A DNA stretch of 64,000 nucleotides from Botryllus schlosseri (lineage: Eukaryota), in NCBI GenBank assembly GCA_051294905.1, contig CM119372.1:17610001-17674000 (forward strand). Reading direction: 5' to 3'. The notes under the pieces are model-generated. The model ran no database searches. It was not told the DNA's origin and worked only from the letters and a program-made list of their open reading frames with translations. This document shows positions 40,283-50,660 of the stretch, one piece after another. Both the position numbers and the translations under genes were made by a program. Positions within the stretch are counted from its first letter, which is position 1, and each line of letters begins with the position of its first letter.

Positions 40283-41612
40283 CAGAGGTGGTCAAAGTAG
40301 TCAAGAAAGCTACTCAAGTAGAAGTAGCGACGAAAAAATTACTCAAGTACGAGTAGAAGTAATTCTTCCATAAGCAACCTAAAACGACTTGAAGTAGAAT
40401 TGACCCACTTTAAACCTACTCAAGTAAGTAAGTAGTTTTGAAAACAGTCTTAATTCGTTCGCATGGACTGTCAAAAGCTGTAAATTGAGCTATACGGAGG
40501 GTTCAGAGAGCTTGAGCATATTGATGCATCACATGAGGTATCAATTTTCGAGAGCATAAGCATTCGTCTGCATCATGGGATGCAAATCATAGTATCGCTA
40601 TGGAAATCGCTATGGACGATAATTTTTGTTTACCCAAACACCACGTCTTAGAAAACGTCCTCGGCGCCCTCCCCCATATTATAAGGTCCATAGTTTAGTA
40701 GAAGAGCAATACCAAGAAGCTATATCGGATACGGTGTTAAGACTTTGCGAGATCAGTATACGGTAATAAAAAATATGACGGATCGTAAAAATGCCATACT
40801 ACAGTGAAATTATATTTTCGGAAAATGGAGGCATTATTACACTAGCTTTTATACTTCAACATGTATGTTATCCAGACAAAATAACTGATTTTAATTATAA
40901 CCCAAAGTATATGATACTGGAAATTGAAAATGAAACATAAATACTACTTCTAAAAGCGGAACACGTTTTTCATGCCTTTGGTCTAGAAAGTTTCAATGGT
41001 GGTATGCTAAATCAGCTCTAAAACTAACAAAAAATGTTACAGTCCACTTTGCCAGGTTAGTACGCGCCATGGACAATTGGACATGCTAGATTACGATATG
41101 ACAAGTAAATGCTACATTGCGAAACATCAGTTTCAAACGTTTGGATGATCCATATATACCGTCATGAATTATTTCATATGGGCGAAGGGGGGACAATGTG
41201 GTGTGAATGCAGGGATATCTAGATATCTGATTCTAGATATCCCTGTGTGAACGGAACCACGCCAACCCGCTACCTAAATTATATTCATCGATACTTCCGT
41301 GAAATCATACTGGTAACTCCGTATTCACTGCGCGCGAAGCGCGACGAAAATTCTGGGCTTTACTCAATTCTTATGAAAATGTTGATTCTCCGTGAAAACA
41401 GCCCCGAAATTCCTCAGGCTGTCTTCCTGATTGAAAGATTGAACTACTTCTACTTGACAAACTGAAAATAGCGAGAAGTAAGTAAGTAGATCACAAAATA
41501 TTACGAAGTAGAAGTAGCGAAAATCAGATCTACTTGAGTAAGTACCAAAAGTAGAGGATAAATACTTGAGTACTTCGAAAAAGTAGAAGTACTTCGTTAC
41601 TGACCACCTCTG
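40283..41612 (+). mobile_element. Family CAGAGGTGGTCA, copy 4 (mosaic, no matching TSD)
   Basis: Both TIRs intact; flanks GTCCTAGT vs AATATGAC do not match. Confidence 0.9.
41210..41245. mobile_element. 36-bp micro-MITE
   Basis: CAGGGATATCTAGA-TATCTGAT-TCTAGATATCCCTG; 8-bp TSD TGTGAATG/TGTGAACG; absent from the paralogous site at ~33865. Confidence 0.8.
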
Positions 41613-42031
41613 AATATGACAAGGTTCAAATATGTAGGCCTACCTCTTATGTCACCGCAAAAATACGATGTCTGTTATCCATCACATTAAAGATATACTT
41701 TGGTAGTTTTCGCAATACCGATTTCATTGAGCTAAGTGAAAATGTTGTGGAATGATCGGGACTTCGTAAATGTGTTATTTCTAGTAAAGGTCTTAGCTTT
41801 TTACTATGTTTTGTGAGCTATGATGCGGCCTATCAAGGTTTCAAAGCTACCATGCACATTGCACAGTGGAGAATAGTATCGTGACTTTAATTCCCGTTGA
41901 TGAATTACACTCAGTGGCGAAAAGTGTATGATTTCAGTCCCCGAAAAATCGTCTTTCACTACTCGACTCGGATCATTACAATTAATACTCGATTTAGATT
42001 CGAGTACTAGAATCATTGTGCCCAGTCGTAG
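41613..42031 (+). mobile_element. Left-truncated copy of the TAGGGCTGGGC MITE family
   Basis: Matches the interior and right end (..AATCATTGTGCCCAGTCGTA) of 51407-51923; left end absent. Confidence 0.75.
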
Positions 42032-42541
42032 TCGCATGCTAAGTGTTGCCACTTGCCATGGATGTTCCACCATTCACCGTCCTTCCAGTTTCCACGTGCG
42101 GAAGTGTCTTGATGCGCTAGAGAGAGAGAGAGAGAGTCTTTATTTTCATCGAACCAAAATACATAACGTAATGAGCAGCATGATCGTATGCCACAAACTG
42201 ATTATTACTAAACTTCCACCCAACGATGTGTCGCAAGTTGACAGGATACTACCATGTCGCGGAATGATCAGGCAACTATTGCTGGTTTCGTTCCTTTCGA
42301 GATGTTTCCGTACATTTCAGCGGGCTACTTACACTGACTACGCGAGGCCACCGAAACATATAATGTTGAAGAGTATCATTCGTAACTGCATGTATACTCC
42401 CACTATAAATCGGTTGAAGTTACGCCGGTTGAGTCACTGTAACCACGTATGAGAATGTTTTAATTTGTTTTTATATTGCGGAATGGAGTCACTCCTAGGT
42501 CGTTATGGTATATTACTCAATAGAGCGATAGTTTTAATGCG

Positions 42542-43660
42542 ATGCGAGGTATAGTAAAAGCAGTTCCAGGGAGCTACACTCCATCTGACAATATGAGTTC
42601 GACATCTCTCGTAAGACATGTTACGACTGAAGAAACGCAATCAGACACCGAAAATAGCAAGATAACCGAGAGCGTAACTGCGAATGCGAATGCTAGTTTT
42701 AACCACTATTCGGCCGCGTGGACTGATGCCGTACTTATGGTATTTGAAACTATAAATGTTGTTATTATCGTACTCACTTTATGGCTACTACTCAGTTTGA
42801 TTGCATATGGCTTTAAAACGAGGCGCTTTGCGAAAAGCCCGCAATCCTCAAGTCTCAGCAACGGAAAGAAATATCTGTCTTGCGTCTTCGCGGTTACGTG
42901 CCTTCTTCCGAGATTGATCGTGACCGAGATCATGCACGTACTCCATCGCCAGGGTAGCAACGACTGCGAAAAACTCGGCGATATTGCAAAGCTATGTAAT
43001 GCGATCAGCTTCTATGGCATATACACGTTTCTATGGTATCGCCAAAGGGTGATCTTCAGTCATCCGTTTGTCAAAGACAAGGTCAGTCAACTGATGAACT
43101 ACCTCAGTAAAGCATATGTGGTTTTTCTAACTGCTCTAGTGATAGCGCTTATGTTGACAATGACGTTGCGCGAAACATATGACGAGAGTTCTTCTGCGTG
43201 CTATGAAAGCCGACCTCCATTGACTGGATACATCTTCGTCGCATCATTGTTTGTCACTCAAGTACTGATGCTGTGCCTTATTATATACCCAGCAACACGA
43301 GTAACGATTCAAGCGAGTGAAATGGAAGAGGGAAACGACAGTAGTGTGGCATCCATTCCGAGACGTCACTCGCTCTGTTGGGATTATGGTTTTTTTCGAT
43401 CAGGTTTGGTAACAAGCCCAGTGGAAATGTCAATAAAGAGAGCGGTATTTAGCAGCGTGGTAATTGTGGCCACGGACATTCTAGCTGTTGTCGTAGAAAC
43501 GACTTTACCAACGAAAGCGCCTGTCGTTATCAGGCAAACTGTCGTAGACATAAGTTCATGCATCGATATCTTCTGTGTCGTGACGACATTTGGTTTTTCG
43601 TTGAAGGTTTTCACATTGTTTTTACCTTCATGTAACAGCGGAGGTAAAACAAAGAACTGA
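42542..43660 (+). CDS. Intronless seven-transmembrane GPCR-like protein, 372 aa
   Basis: Ser/Thr-rich N-terminus with N-glycosylation sequons (NMS, NAS), about seven hydrophobic segments, Cys at the top of TM3 (DCEK) and in ECL2 (SACY). FLWYRQ sits where class A receptors have DRY. Confidence 0.8.
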   Translation: MRGIVKAVPGSYTPSDNMSSTSLVRHVTTEETQSDTENSKITESVTANANASFNHYSAAWTDAVLMVFETINVVIIVLTLWLLLSLIAYGFKTRRFAKSPQSSSLSNGKKYLSCVFAVTCLLPRLIVTEIMHVLHRQGSNDCEKLGDIAKLCNAISFYGIYTFLWYRQRVIFSHPFVKDKVSQLMNYLSKAYVVFLTALVIALMLTMTLRETYDESSSACYESRPPLTGYIFVASLFVTQVLMLCLIIYPATRVTIQASEMEEGNDSSVASIPRRHSLCWDYGFFRSGLVTSPVEMSIKRAVFSSVVIVATDILAVVVETTLPTKAPVVIRQTVVDISSCIDIFCVVTTFGFSLKVFTLFLPSCNSGGKTKN

Positions 43661-44227
43661 GAGCTCAAATATGGTCATAATCAAGTTCAAGCATGACCGG
43701 AACATGGGGTAACTGTTGGCACTTTTTCGTGGGTTGTATTTATATATTGTTGTGCTTATTAATTCTTCACTTTATTATTTGCGTTCGTAATCCATCAATT
43801 ATTTGCAATTATACGCCTTCTCGCGCAGGCTGTTCTCGTCGCTATAAAAAGTGTTGGCGAACGACCAGCAGTTGTGTATTTGCAGCGAGACGACGTATAA
43901 TTAATTGTTCATTCGGTTGGTTCTATGTTGCAGTTGCATTAATTCTGTAACCTTCGTGTCTGCTAGCGTTCTGTGACTTGGAATATCTCTTCTACCGTTG
44001 TTCTCTGATTTGGAACTTGGCCATTTTCTTGAAGTCGTGGGAAAACTTTGAATTACAGAGATTAGTATACAGAAGGTATCCCGTGAGACACTCTTCTGCG
44101 CCTAGAATTCGGTATCGGAAGCATGAATTGGATAGCTGTAACCAAATTTCTTCGACCAACTTCCCAGTATCGAGCTGTTTGATCCTTCAACGTCTCATAG
44201 TGACATTGCTGAGTGCTGACTCTAGTC

Positions 44228-44836
44228 CAGGGGTGTCAAACATACGGCCCGCCAGACGATTTCATCGGACCCGCGAAGCAAATCTGAGTAGATTGAAAAA
44301 TTGTTATGTTTTACAGCACATTTGTAACAAATGATGAGATGTTTTGCAGAAAATACTTTCATGTTCATAGGCCTCTTTTATAACCACCGGACTACGGCGC
44401 AGTGGTTTCACTCTAGTTATCACTTGTAACAAGTCGGTGAAATTGATATCCAATTTCAAGAAGGCAAAAAGTGCACATGAAGTTCAGAGTTTTATACAAA
44501 TATGGACCAAAAAGTAGTTATTCACAGAAGCGATAACGCCAATGCGGAACCGTTATATGCAGTTTACATGGAAATATATAGTTGCACAGACACGCCACTG
44601 TTTAGCAGTTCTTAACTGTATTCAACCGGACAATCATCGTATTTTGCCAATTTCGTTGTTCACGAATGAAGGTGTTGCGACTCGGTACTTTAAAAACCCT
44701 ATGATCTGTGTATTATCTCTATATGCTTAAGTGAAAAGCAAGAGGTAACAATTTGGAATCGGTTGACTGGTCCGGTCCTCATGCGATTTGAAGGCTTGAA
44801 TCCGGCCCGCGACGCAATTTAAGTTTGACACCCCTG
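44228..44836. mobile_element. hAT/Charlie-type MITE
   Basis: TIR CAGGGGTGTCAAAC/GTTTGACACCCCTG; imperfect TSD CTCTAGTC/CTCTCGTT. Confidence 0.85.
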
Positions 44837-45531
44837 CTCTCGTTCCTATCATTATCGCAATATTAAAGATACGAAGTCATCGGGCATTGTTTGCGAACCG
44901 TGTGCTGTTCAAACTGCACAAGTGCACATGCACATCGAATGTTGAGGATTTCCAAGAAACTTTTCTTTCCTCGTTACGACAAATTTTCGTTATAGCACAG
45001 CACCAAATTATAAAATCAATTCGCCAAATTATTCAGGAAGCACATGTCGAAATAGTTGTTGAATTGTGGTAGCCCAGTTGACTTTCAATCACTGTATTCA
45101 ATGGATCAATGAAGATCGAGTCACAAACGATAATTGGTAGGCCCACAGAAGAATTGTCATGGTAAAATAGATCGCATGAATGCATCTTGTCGCGATACCC
45201 ATGCAAACGGCAATCGCCGAAATGATATCTTCAACGATATAATTTATAGCCAGTTTTTTCAAGCATTTGGATGTTGATTTAGAGCGCGTTGTTGCTGAAC
45301 ATCTGCTTGGGAAAATGAAAAAGTGCTGCAAGACAAGACATTCGCAAAGCCAGAATCTACCACGAAACCACATATATATTTCGATCAATATAAGGCGTAT
45401 AAGTCGTGCGGTGTCAAATTGCATATTGAAAGCTTATACACTACGCCGATCACGTGCACAGAAACAAAATAAAGCTGAGTCGATCAGGATTATAACGGGT
45501 GGGAAATAATTCGAAAATGACAAGGTATGGT

Positions 45532-45811
45532 TTGTTTGTTTTGGGGTATTCATGGTGTTTGTCGACTACTATGGTCATTTACACCAGGCCGATATTCTTC
45601 TTATTTTCCGTAACTGCCGACTTATAGCACGGCCCACCTTAAGGCTTTTGTAAGACACCGCTGACGCGGATGAGGTGGCGAGGAGGAGCCTACAGCCTAG
45701 GTAAACCTCCAACACTTAGGTATCGGAATTCGGAAGTCGACCTCGGTCGGACTCGAACCCGCGTCCATTGGTGTTGCAGCCGCGGATTATACCACTGCGC
45801 TATCTCGCCAA
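45532..45811 (-). mobile_element. Full-length tRNA-derived SINE
   Basis: Head GGCGAGATAGCGCAGTGG (A box)..GGTTCGAGTCC (B box), (AAAC)n tail, 13-bp TSD GACAAGGTATGGT at 45519-45531 and 45812-45824. Confidence 0.88.
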
Positions 45812-46009
45812 GACAAGGTATGGTAATTTTAGTTTACTTGCGAAACCCATATATAACACTGATCCACGTTTAAAGCAAAGTTATAGTAATATAGTGTCTT
45901 GATTGAGAAAGCTCTTTTAATTTTCATTGTTCCAATAGTTTCTTGCATCATAATAGTATCGTATCAACGAAGTGGCTGCTACGATGTTTGCACCTCCAAA
46001 CGTCCGCTT

Positions 46010-47788
46010 TCATGGAAGTTTATTATAAACCTCTGTCATGACGAAGTGGTGACATTCCGAGCTCTTTGTCACTAGAATTTCGCTTCTAACGGTGTCTTTG
46101 AGAAATTTCGTTGTGAGTCGCTCGAAGTTAATGATTTTCAGAAGTGAAAGCATATGACGCCTTCTTAGATCCGGATCATACCTCACCCATTTCATCACAG
46201 CTATCCAGGTGGCTTCGCCATGGACGTTTCGCTTACGCAGTATTTTTCCCAGCAGCTGAAGTTCTTCGAAAGTGATATTTGCGAATTCCGGGTGCTCGAT
46301 TACTTTCAAGAAATTAGTTACGAAAAACGATACCAATTCCTTGTCGACTCTCGCGAAAGCTGTGTTTTTATACTTTCGCGATAAATACTTGAGAGTAAAG
46401 CATGTGTCGACGGTGGTGTTCCAGATAATGTGTCTGGGATCTTTAAACACGACGTCCGAAATGTATTTCACAGAGTCCGCAGACGACCGTACCGCTTTCA
46501 CTTTCAGAATTGAGCAAATAACAAATTTTGGCGAAAAGTCCTCCATATGTAATACTTTCAAAACATCCAGGAAATCCGCTTCGCGGTCTTTGTCAGCCTG
46601 CAGCCAGGTCAGCGCGGTGTCCCACATGTCCGATTCCTCCAAGAGTGAGCAATCGCATGTGTTAAAGAACAGGCAGAATTCGTCAAGTCTCCACGATTCT
46701 ATTTCCGGCCTCGTTTTTATTTGCTTCAAGTGGGCTGACATGAATCCAACTACTGTTTTCAAATATCTATCGTAGAATTCCGTACAGAAAGTCGTCACTA
46801 TGCTGAAGATGTTTAGACAATTCCGAATGTTCAAGCTTGCCTTCACTTCTCCGATATTGGTCAGCACTTTTGCTGCAATAAATTCCTTGACCGATGTATT
46901 TTCAGATACCATTACTTCGTTCCAAACGGTTGTAGATAGGAAATTGATGGTAAAACGCGTAACTTTAATGAATCTTAACAGCTCCAAAAACTCTGTGACC
47001 CTTTGCGAGGGATCGTGCGATACCCAGCTGACCACACCCTTCCATAAGAGAGAATCTTTGGGTTTGAGTTCACGCTTATCAATTTGGACTTTCGTCATGG
47101 GGGATTTGCAGCTTTTAGCAGAGCCTATCAGGGACCTGGACTTACTTGAAAGAAAAATTCTCGGGGTGTGGGTCGCCGAACGCAGCTCACGAGCCGGCGC
47201 GGAACTGCCACGCTGTGTGCTCCGCCACATTTTCAAAAAATATTTCATATCCTGTTTTTGCAACTCCTTGAAAGTGTCCGTTTCGACTACTTCATCCATT
47301 TTATCAACAATAAACCGGTCCACCGTTTCTCTGAATTTCCTGTTTTCGAAGATCACTACCATGTTCCGTATGTTCAGGCAATTTGATGGAGTTAAATTGT
47401 TTCTGATGAAATCGTAACATAGATCCATTAAGGCTTCAATCCGAAACAGATCAGCTGCATTCAAAATCGATTCCATATTTGAAATCGAAATGTCGGCTTC
47501 GCCGGAGTACATGAACCGAATGCATTGTTCCATAGCGTCTGGTGACACCCCGTTGATATATATTACACCTTGATCAATACCCTCTGCTAAAATGGATCGG
47601 AAGTACTCCGAGCACGCCGCAAGGACGGCTTTATGAGCCGGAAATGATGACTTGCCGATGTTGATCAAAAAGTCGCAGACAATGTTCGACTTTAGGAGAT
47701 CCTCCAGGTTCGACATCATTTGCAGGCTGTGTGTGATCTTACATTCTTCTTCTTTTTGCAGCATGATTAATACCCACCAACTAATCAC
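46010..47788 (-). CDS. BTB/POZ protein with tandem BACK-like repeats and no Kelch repeats, single coding exon (true start probably the ATG at 47764 or ~47719)
   Basis: CDFLINIGKSSFPAHKAVLAACSEYFRS..FMYSG..AADLFRI (BTB). The NCL..F..L / W..V..W...D...R / L..I pattern recurs three times. The ORF ends without GG..Y..W Kelch motifs. Confidence 0.85.
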   Translation of the reverse strand: MISWWVLIMLQKEEECKITHSLQMMSNLEDLLKSNIVCDFLINIGKSSFPAHKAVLAACSEYFRSILAEGIDQGVIYINGVSPDAMEQCIRFMYSGEADISISNMESILNAADLFRIEALMDLCYDFIRNNLTPSNCLNIRNMVVIFENRKFRETVDRFIVDKMDEVVETDTFKELQKQDMKYFLKMWRSTQRGSSAPARELRSATHTPRIFLSSKSRSLIGSAKSCKSPMTKVQIDKRELKPKDSLLWKGVVSWVSHDPSQRVTEFLELLRFIKVTRFTINFLSTTVWNEVMVSENTSVKEFIAAKVLTNIGEVKASLNIRNCLNIFSIVTTFCTEFYDRYLKTVVGFMSAHLKQIKTRPEIESWRLDEFCLFFNTCDCSLLEESDMWDTALTWLQADKDREADFLDVLKVLHMEDFSPKFVICSILKVKAVRSSADSVKYISDVVFKDPRHIIWNTTVDTCFTLKYLSRKYKNTAFARVDKELVSFFVTNFLKVIEHPEFANITFEELQLLGKILRKRNVHGEATWIAVMKWVRYDPDLRRRHMLSLLKIINFERLTTKFLKDTVRSEILVTKSSECHHFVMTEVYNKLP

Positions 47789-48341
47789 TTATTATCCTTG
47801 TACGACTTGATATCTCCGACAGACGCACGTTCTTATCTTATCGATTACCTGCAATAGGGGACGTAGTCACGTTAGTTACTGCATGTGTTTAGAAATGCAT
47901 GGGGTACCTTGGTCATAGATAATACATATCAACACTGCATCTGGACCCTCATACAATGTACTCAATCTTTTGGCAAGCTTCGTGTGTTCTGCGGATCTTG
48001 AAATCCATTCTGTCTGGTAGCATCAAATATCATATTACGCTATAGTGCCTCCCATCAATTGAAAACGGACATTAGGCTTTTGTAACATTGTTTACAGCGA
48101 GTTCTTACATGTGATTACTTGTTGTTTTTGTTTAGCGTAAACTCAATTTGGCAAAATGAATTAGGCGTATTGTTCACCACAATCGTGTTCAACACAGAGG
48201 AATATGATGCGCTATTATTCAGACTCCAGTGTGACCAAACATTGTTGTAATATGTTGCGATCGTACTTTACCATTATTATTACAAATTACTGCGTCCAGC
48301 TATGGCAGCTAACCAGCTTATCATGAAGTTATCTGTGCTAA

Positions 48342-48700
48342 TTAGGATTACCATATTTTGGAAATCTGAAAAGAGGACACGTTTTGAAAATTTTCAGACT
48401 TACAATACTGAAGTAAAATCCTGAAAAAATGGTAAATTTTTTCCGACTTTGTGGCCGGTTGACTAAAAAAGGTCATCTTTCCGGCTCAAATCCCGAATTA
48501 CCGGCTTTCTATGAGATTTTCCGTTGGCTCACGTCCCGAATAACTTGTCGGTCCGTTACTTGACCACTGATTTCCTATATCTCACTCCAATTTCTACGTA
48601 CATTTAACCAAAATTCTCAAAAAAGAGGACGTTTAGGCGTCCTCCGAGGACACTTTCAAAAAAGTAAAAAAAGAGGACAAGAGGTCGTATGGTAACCCTA
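48342..48700. mobile_element. hAT-type MITE with GAGGAC subterminal repeats
   Basis: TAGGATTACCATAT...TATGGTAACCCTA. Confidence 0.7.
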
Positions 48701-48913
48701 TGGTTACACATTTGTCAATATTTTATACCAGTGTTCAAAATCCTAATCAGTTGCTCTTTTTAGTTTCTACCCGCTCAAGACACCAGAGGTTTTCAAAGTA
48801 TAGTCTTTGTTGATACTAAAGTAGAGCTGACGTCGTGAATTTCTATTCAAGTAAAAGTAGAAGTATAGATTTCTGAGTTATGTATAAAATTAAGTAGACT
48901 ATTGTCTAGGACT

Positions 48914-50466
48914 CAGGGGTTCTCAACTTCCCTGGTATAACGGGCCGCATTTTAACAGCAGAAGACGCTGCGGGCCGCAGAAAAAATATTTACATGTATT
49001 TGTGGGCTAATGTTAAATTTAGGCTAATGTAACCTATTTACCAGTCGTATACGGCCATGTAGTACGTTTTTATGCATTCTAAAGCATTAATGGACAGCGT
49101 TCGTAAGTTTGCAGCTGCTGCTTGTTGTAAGACTATGTATCTTCTTGCGGCGCAAGTAAATCACTTCATGGAGCGTGCATTGCATTCGATACCAAGTCGG
49201 TATATTCAACTTCAAACCCTTCCACCAGAGAACCGAACTCTTTGTTTCAATGCGTGAGAGAGCAAGTATAAAATTACGGTTTGCGTTACGGAGGCCATTA
49301 TCACATTGAGCTCTGAGTGATATGTGAAGAAGTCTGGTGATCGGGGCCATTTCTGAGCAAACCAATCGGCCCTTTTTCTTTCCTTCCAAGCCTGGGGCCC
49401 TGCATCATTAATTACAGTAGTCAGCTTAGTCAAGTTGATATTTTTGCTGGTCCCCTCCCCAGGTTTGCCCAGCCTGCATTTACTCTGCATATACGTCCAC
49501 TCTGATAAAATTCAACCAGATAATTAATTATGCAATATCGGTGGATTCGTCCGAGGCTGCGTTAAGTAGTCTACGCGGCAACGTGTTTCAGAACAAGCTA
49601 TAAAATACCGACGGACATTGATGTTTCTCGTCTGGTCACGATTGAATCAGACGACTGTATCTTCGCGATTCGTCGGGTGATGTTGTCCATGCTACTAAGT
49701 TCCGGAAACAGCAGATATTCGCACAGAATGTTGAGGTTTTATTGAAATAACACCTTCTTTAGCAGATTTCTTGGGTTTAGCGATATTCCAATCAATTTTG
49801 AACGATGCGTCTGCAACGTCATCGGCAATCTCAACAACCGTTTGCACTGAGTCTAACACTCTTTAAAAGTGTAGGCCTACTACGTTGCGGAATTCTCTTG
49901 AACTAGAGTCAAGTCGAATACCGATTCAAATCAATACCAATCTTAAGTCGAGCATAAATCAAGAAACGAGAACACATTAAAGCAGTGGTTCTCAAACTAT
50001 TTTAGACACGCCCCCGTTTTTGATAGGTAAAATTTAGTACCCCCTTATCGTCATATAACAAAATGCAACCAGAATGCTAGCAACACAAACGGCTAGTTCG
50101 ATAGGAAGGAAGGTTATGGCTGTTGATGAGAGAATTCTCAAATATGAAATTCTGACTATACACCGAGAAATAACTAGGAAACGGAGATAAATTGCGCAGA
50201 GCACAATTTTTTTAGTTCAGTTGACCGCATCTTCGCCCACCCCCCCCCCCCCAGATGCTTTCAGGCCCCAAAGGCAGCGCATCCTCCAGTTTGAGAACCA
50301 CTGCTTTCAAGAATGAGTAATCAAATGAAAGAGAGACGGTGCGATAAAAGAGCTAAGTATCTAAATTAATTTGTAAAAATACCGTGTCAGAGGTAACTGC
50401 GTTTATAATGAAAGATGTCGCGGGCCGCAAAATAATCGTCTGCGGGCCGCGGGCTGAGAATCCCTG
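48914..50466. mobile_element. hAT/Charlie-type element with a nested MITE (49983-50303)
   Basis: CAGGGGTTCTCAAC..GCGGGCCGC / GCGGGCCGC..GCTGAGAATCCCTG, flanks GTCTAGG on both sides; inner CAGTGGTTCTCAAAC/GTTTGAGAACCACTG. Confidence 0.8.
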
Positions 50467-50660
50467 GTCTAGGTCTAGTTTGCTTAAAATCAGAAAACTA
50501 TGAACAAGAAGTATAAGTATAGTCAGACGACGAATACGTAAGCTTTAATATCTCTGAGTAGGTACTGGAAATAGGAACAACCTATTTGAGTAGAAGTAAA
50601 AGCACTTATCGTTACTGACCACATTTGCAAGTCATATAACGTACAATGCGATAAACGCGG

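Noticed and set aside
41928..42452. 174-aa ORF upstream of the GPCR-like gene
   Set aside because: Starts in a MITE remnant, crosses a (GA)n tract and has no protein-like features.
45740..45811. Possible tRNA gene (GCA-like loop)
   Set aside because: No proper acceptor stem; it is the head of a SINE with tail and TSD.
46272..47417. Plus-strand ORFs of 167 and 205 aa
   Set aside because: Antisense shadows of the BTB coding sequence with no recognisable motifs.
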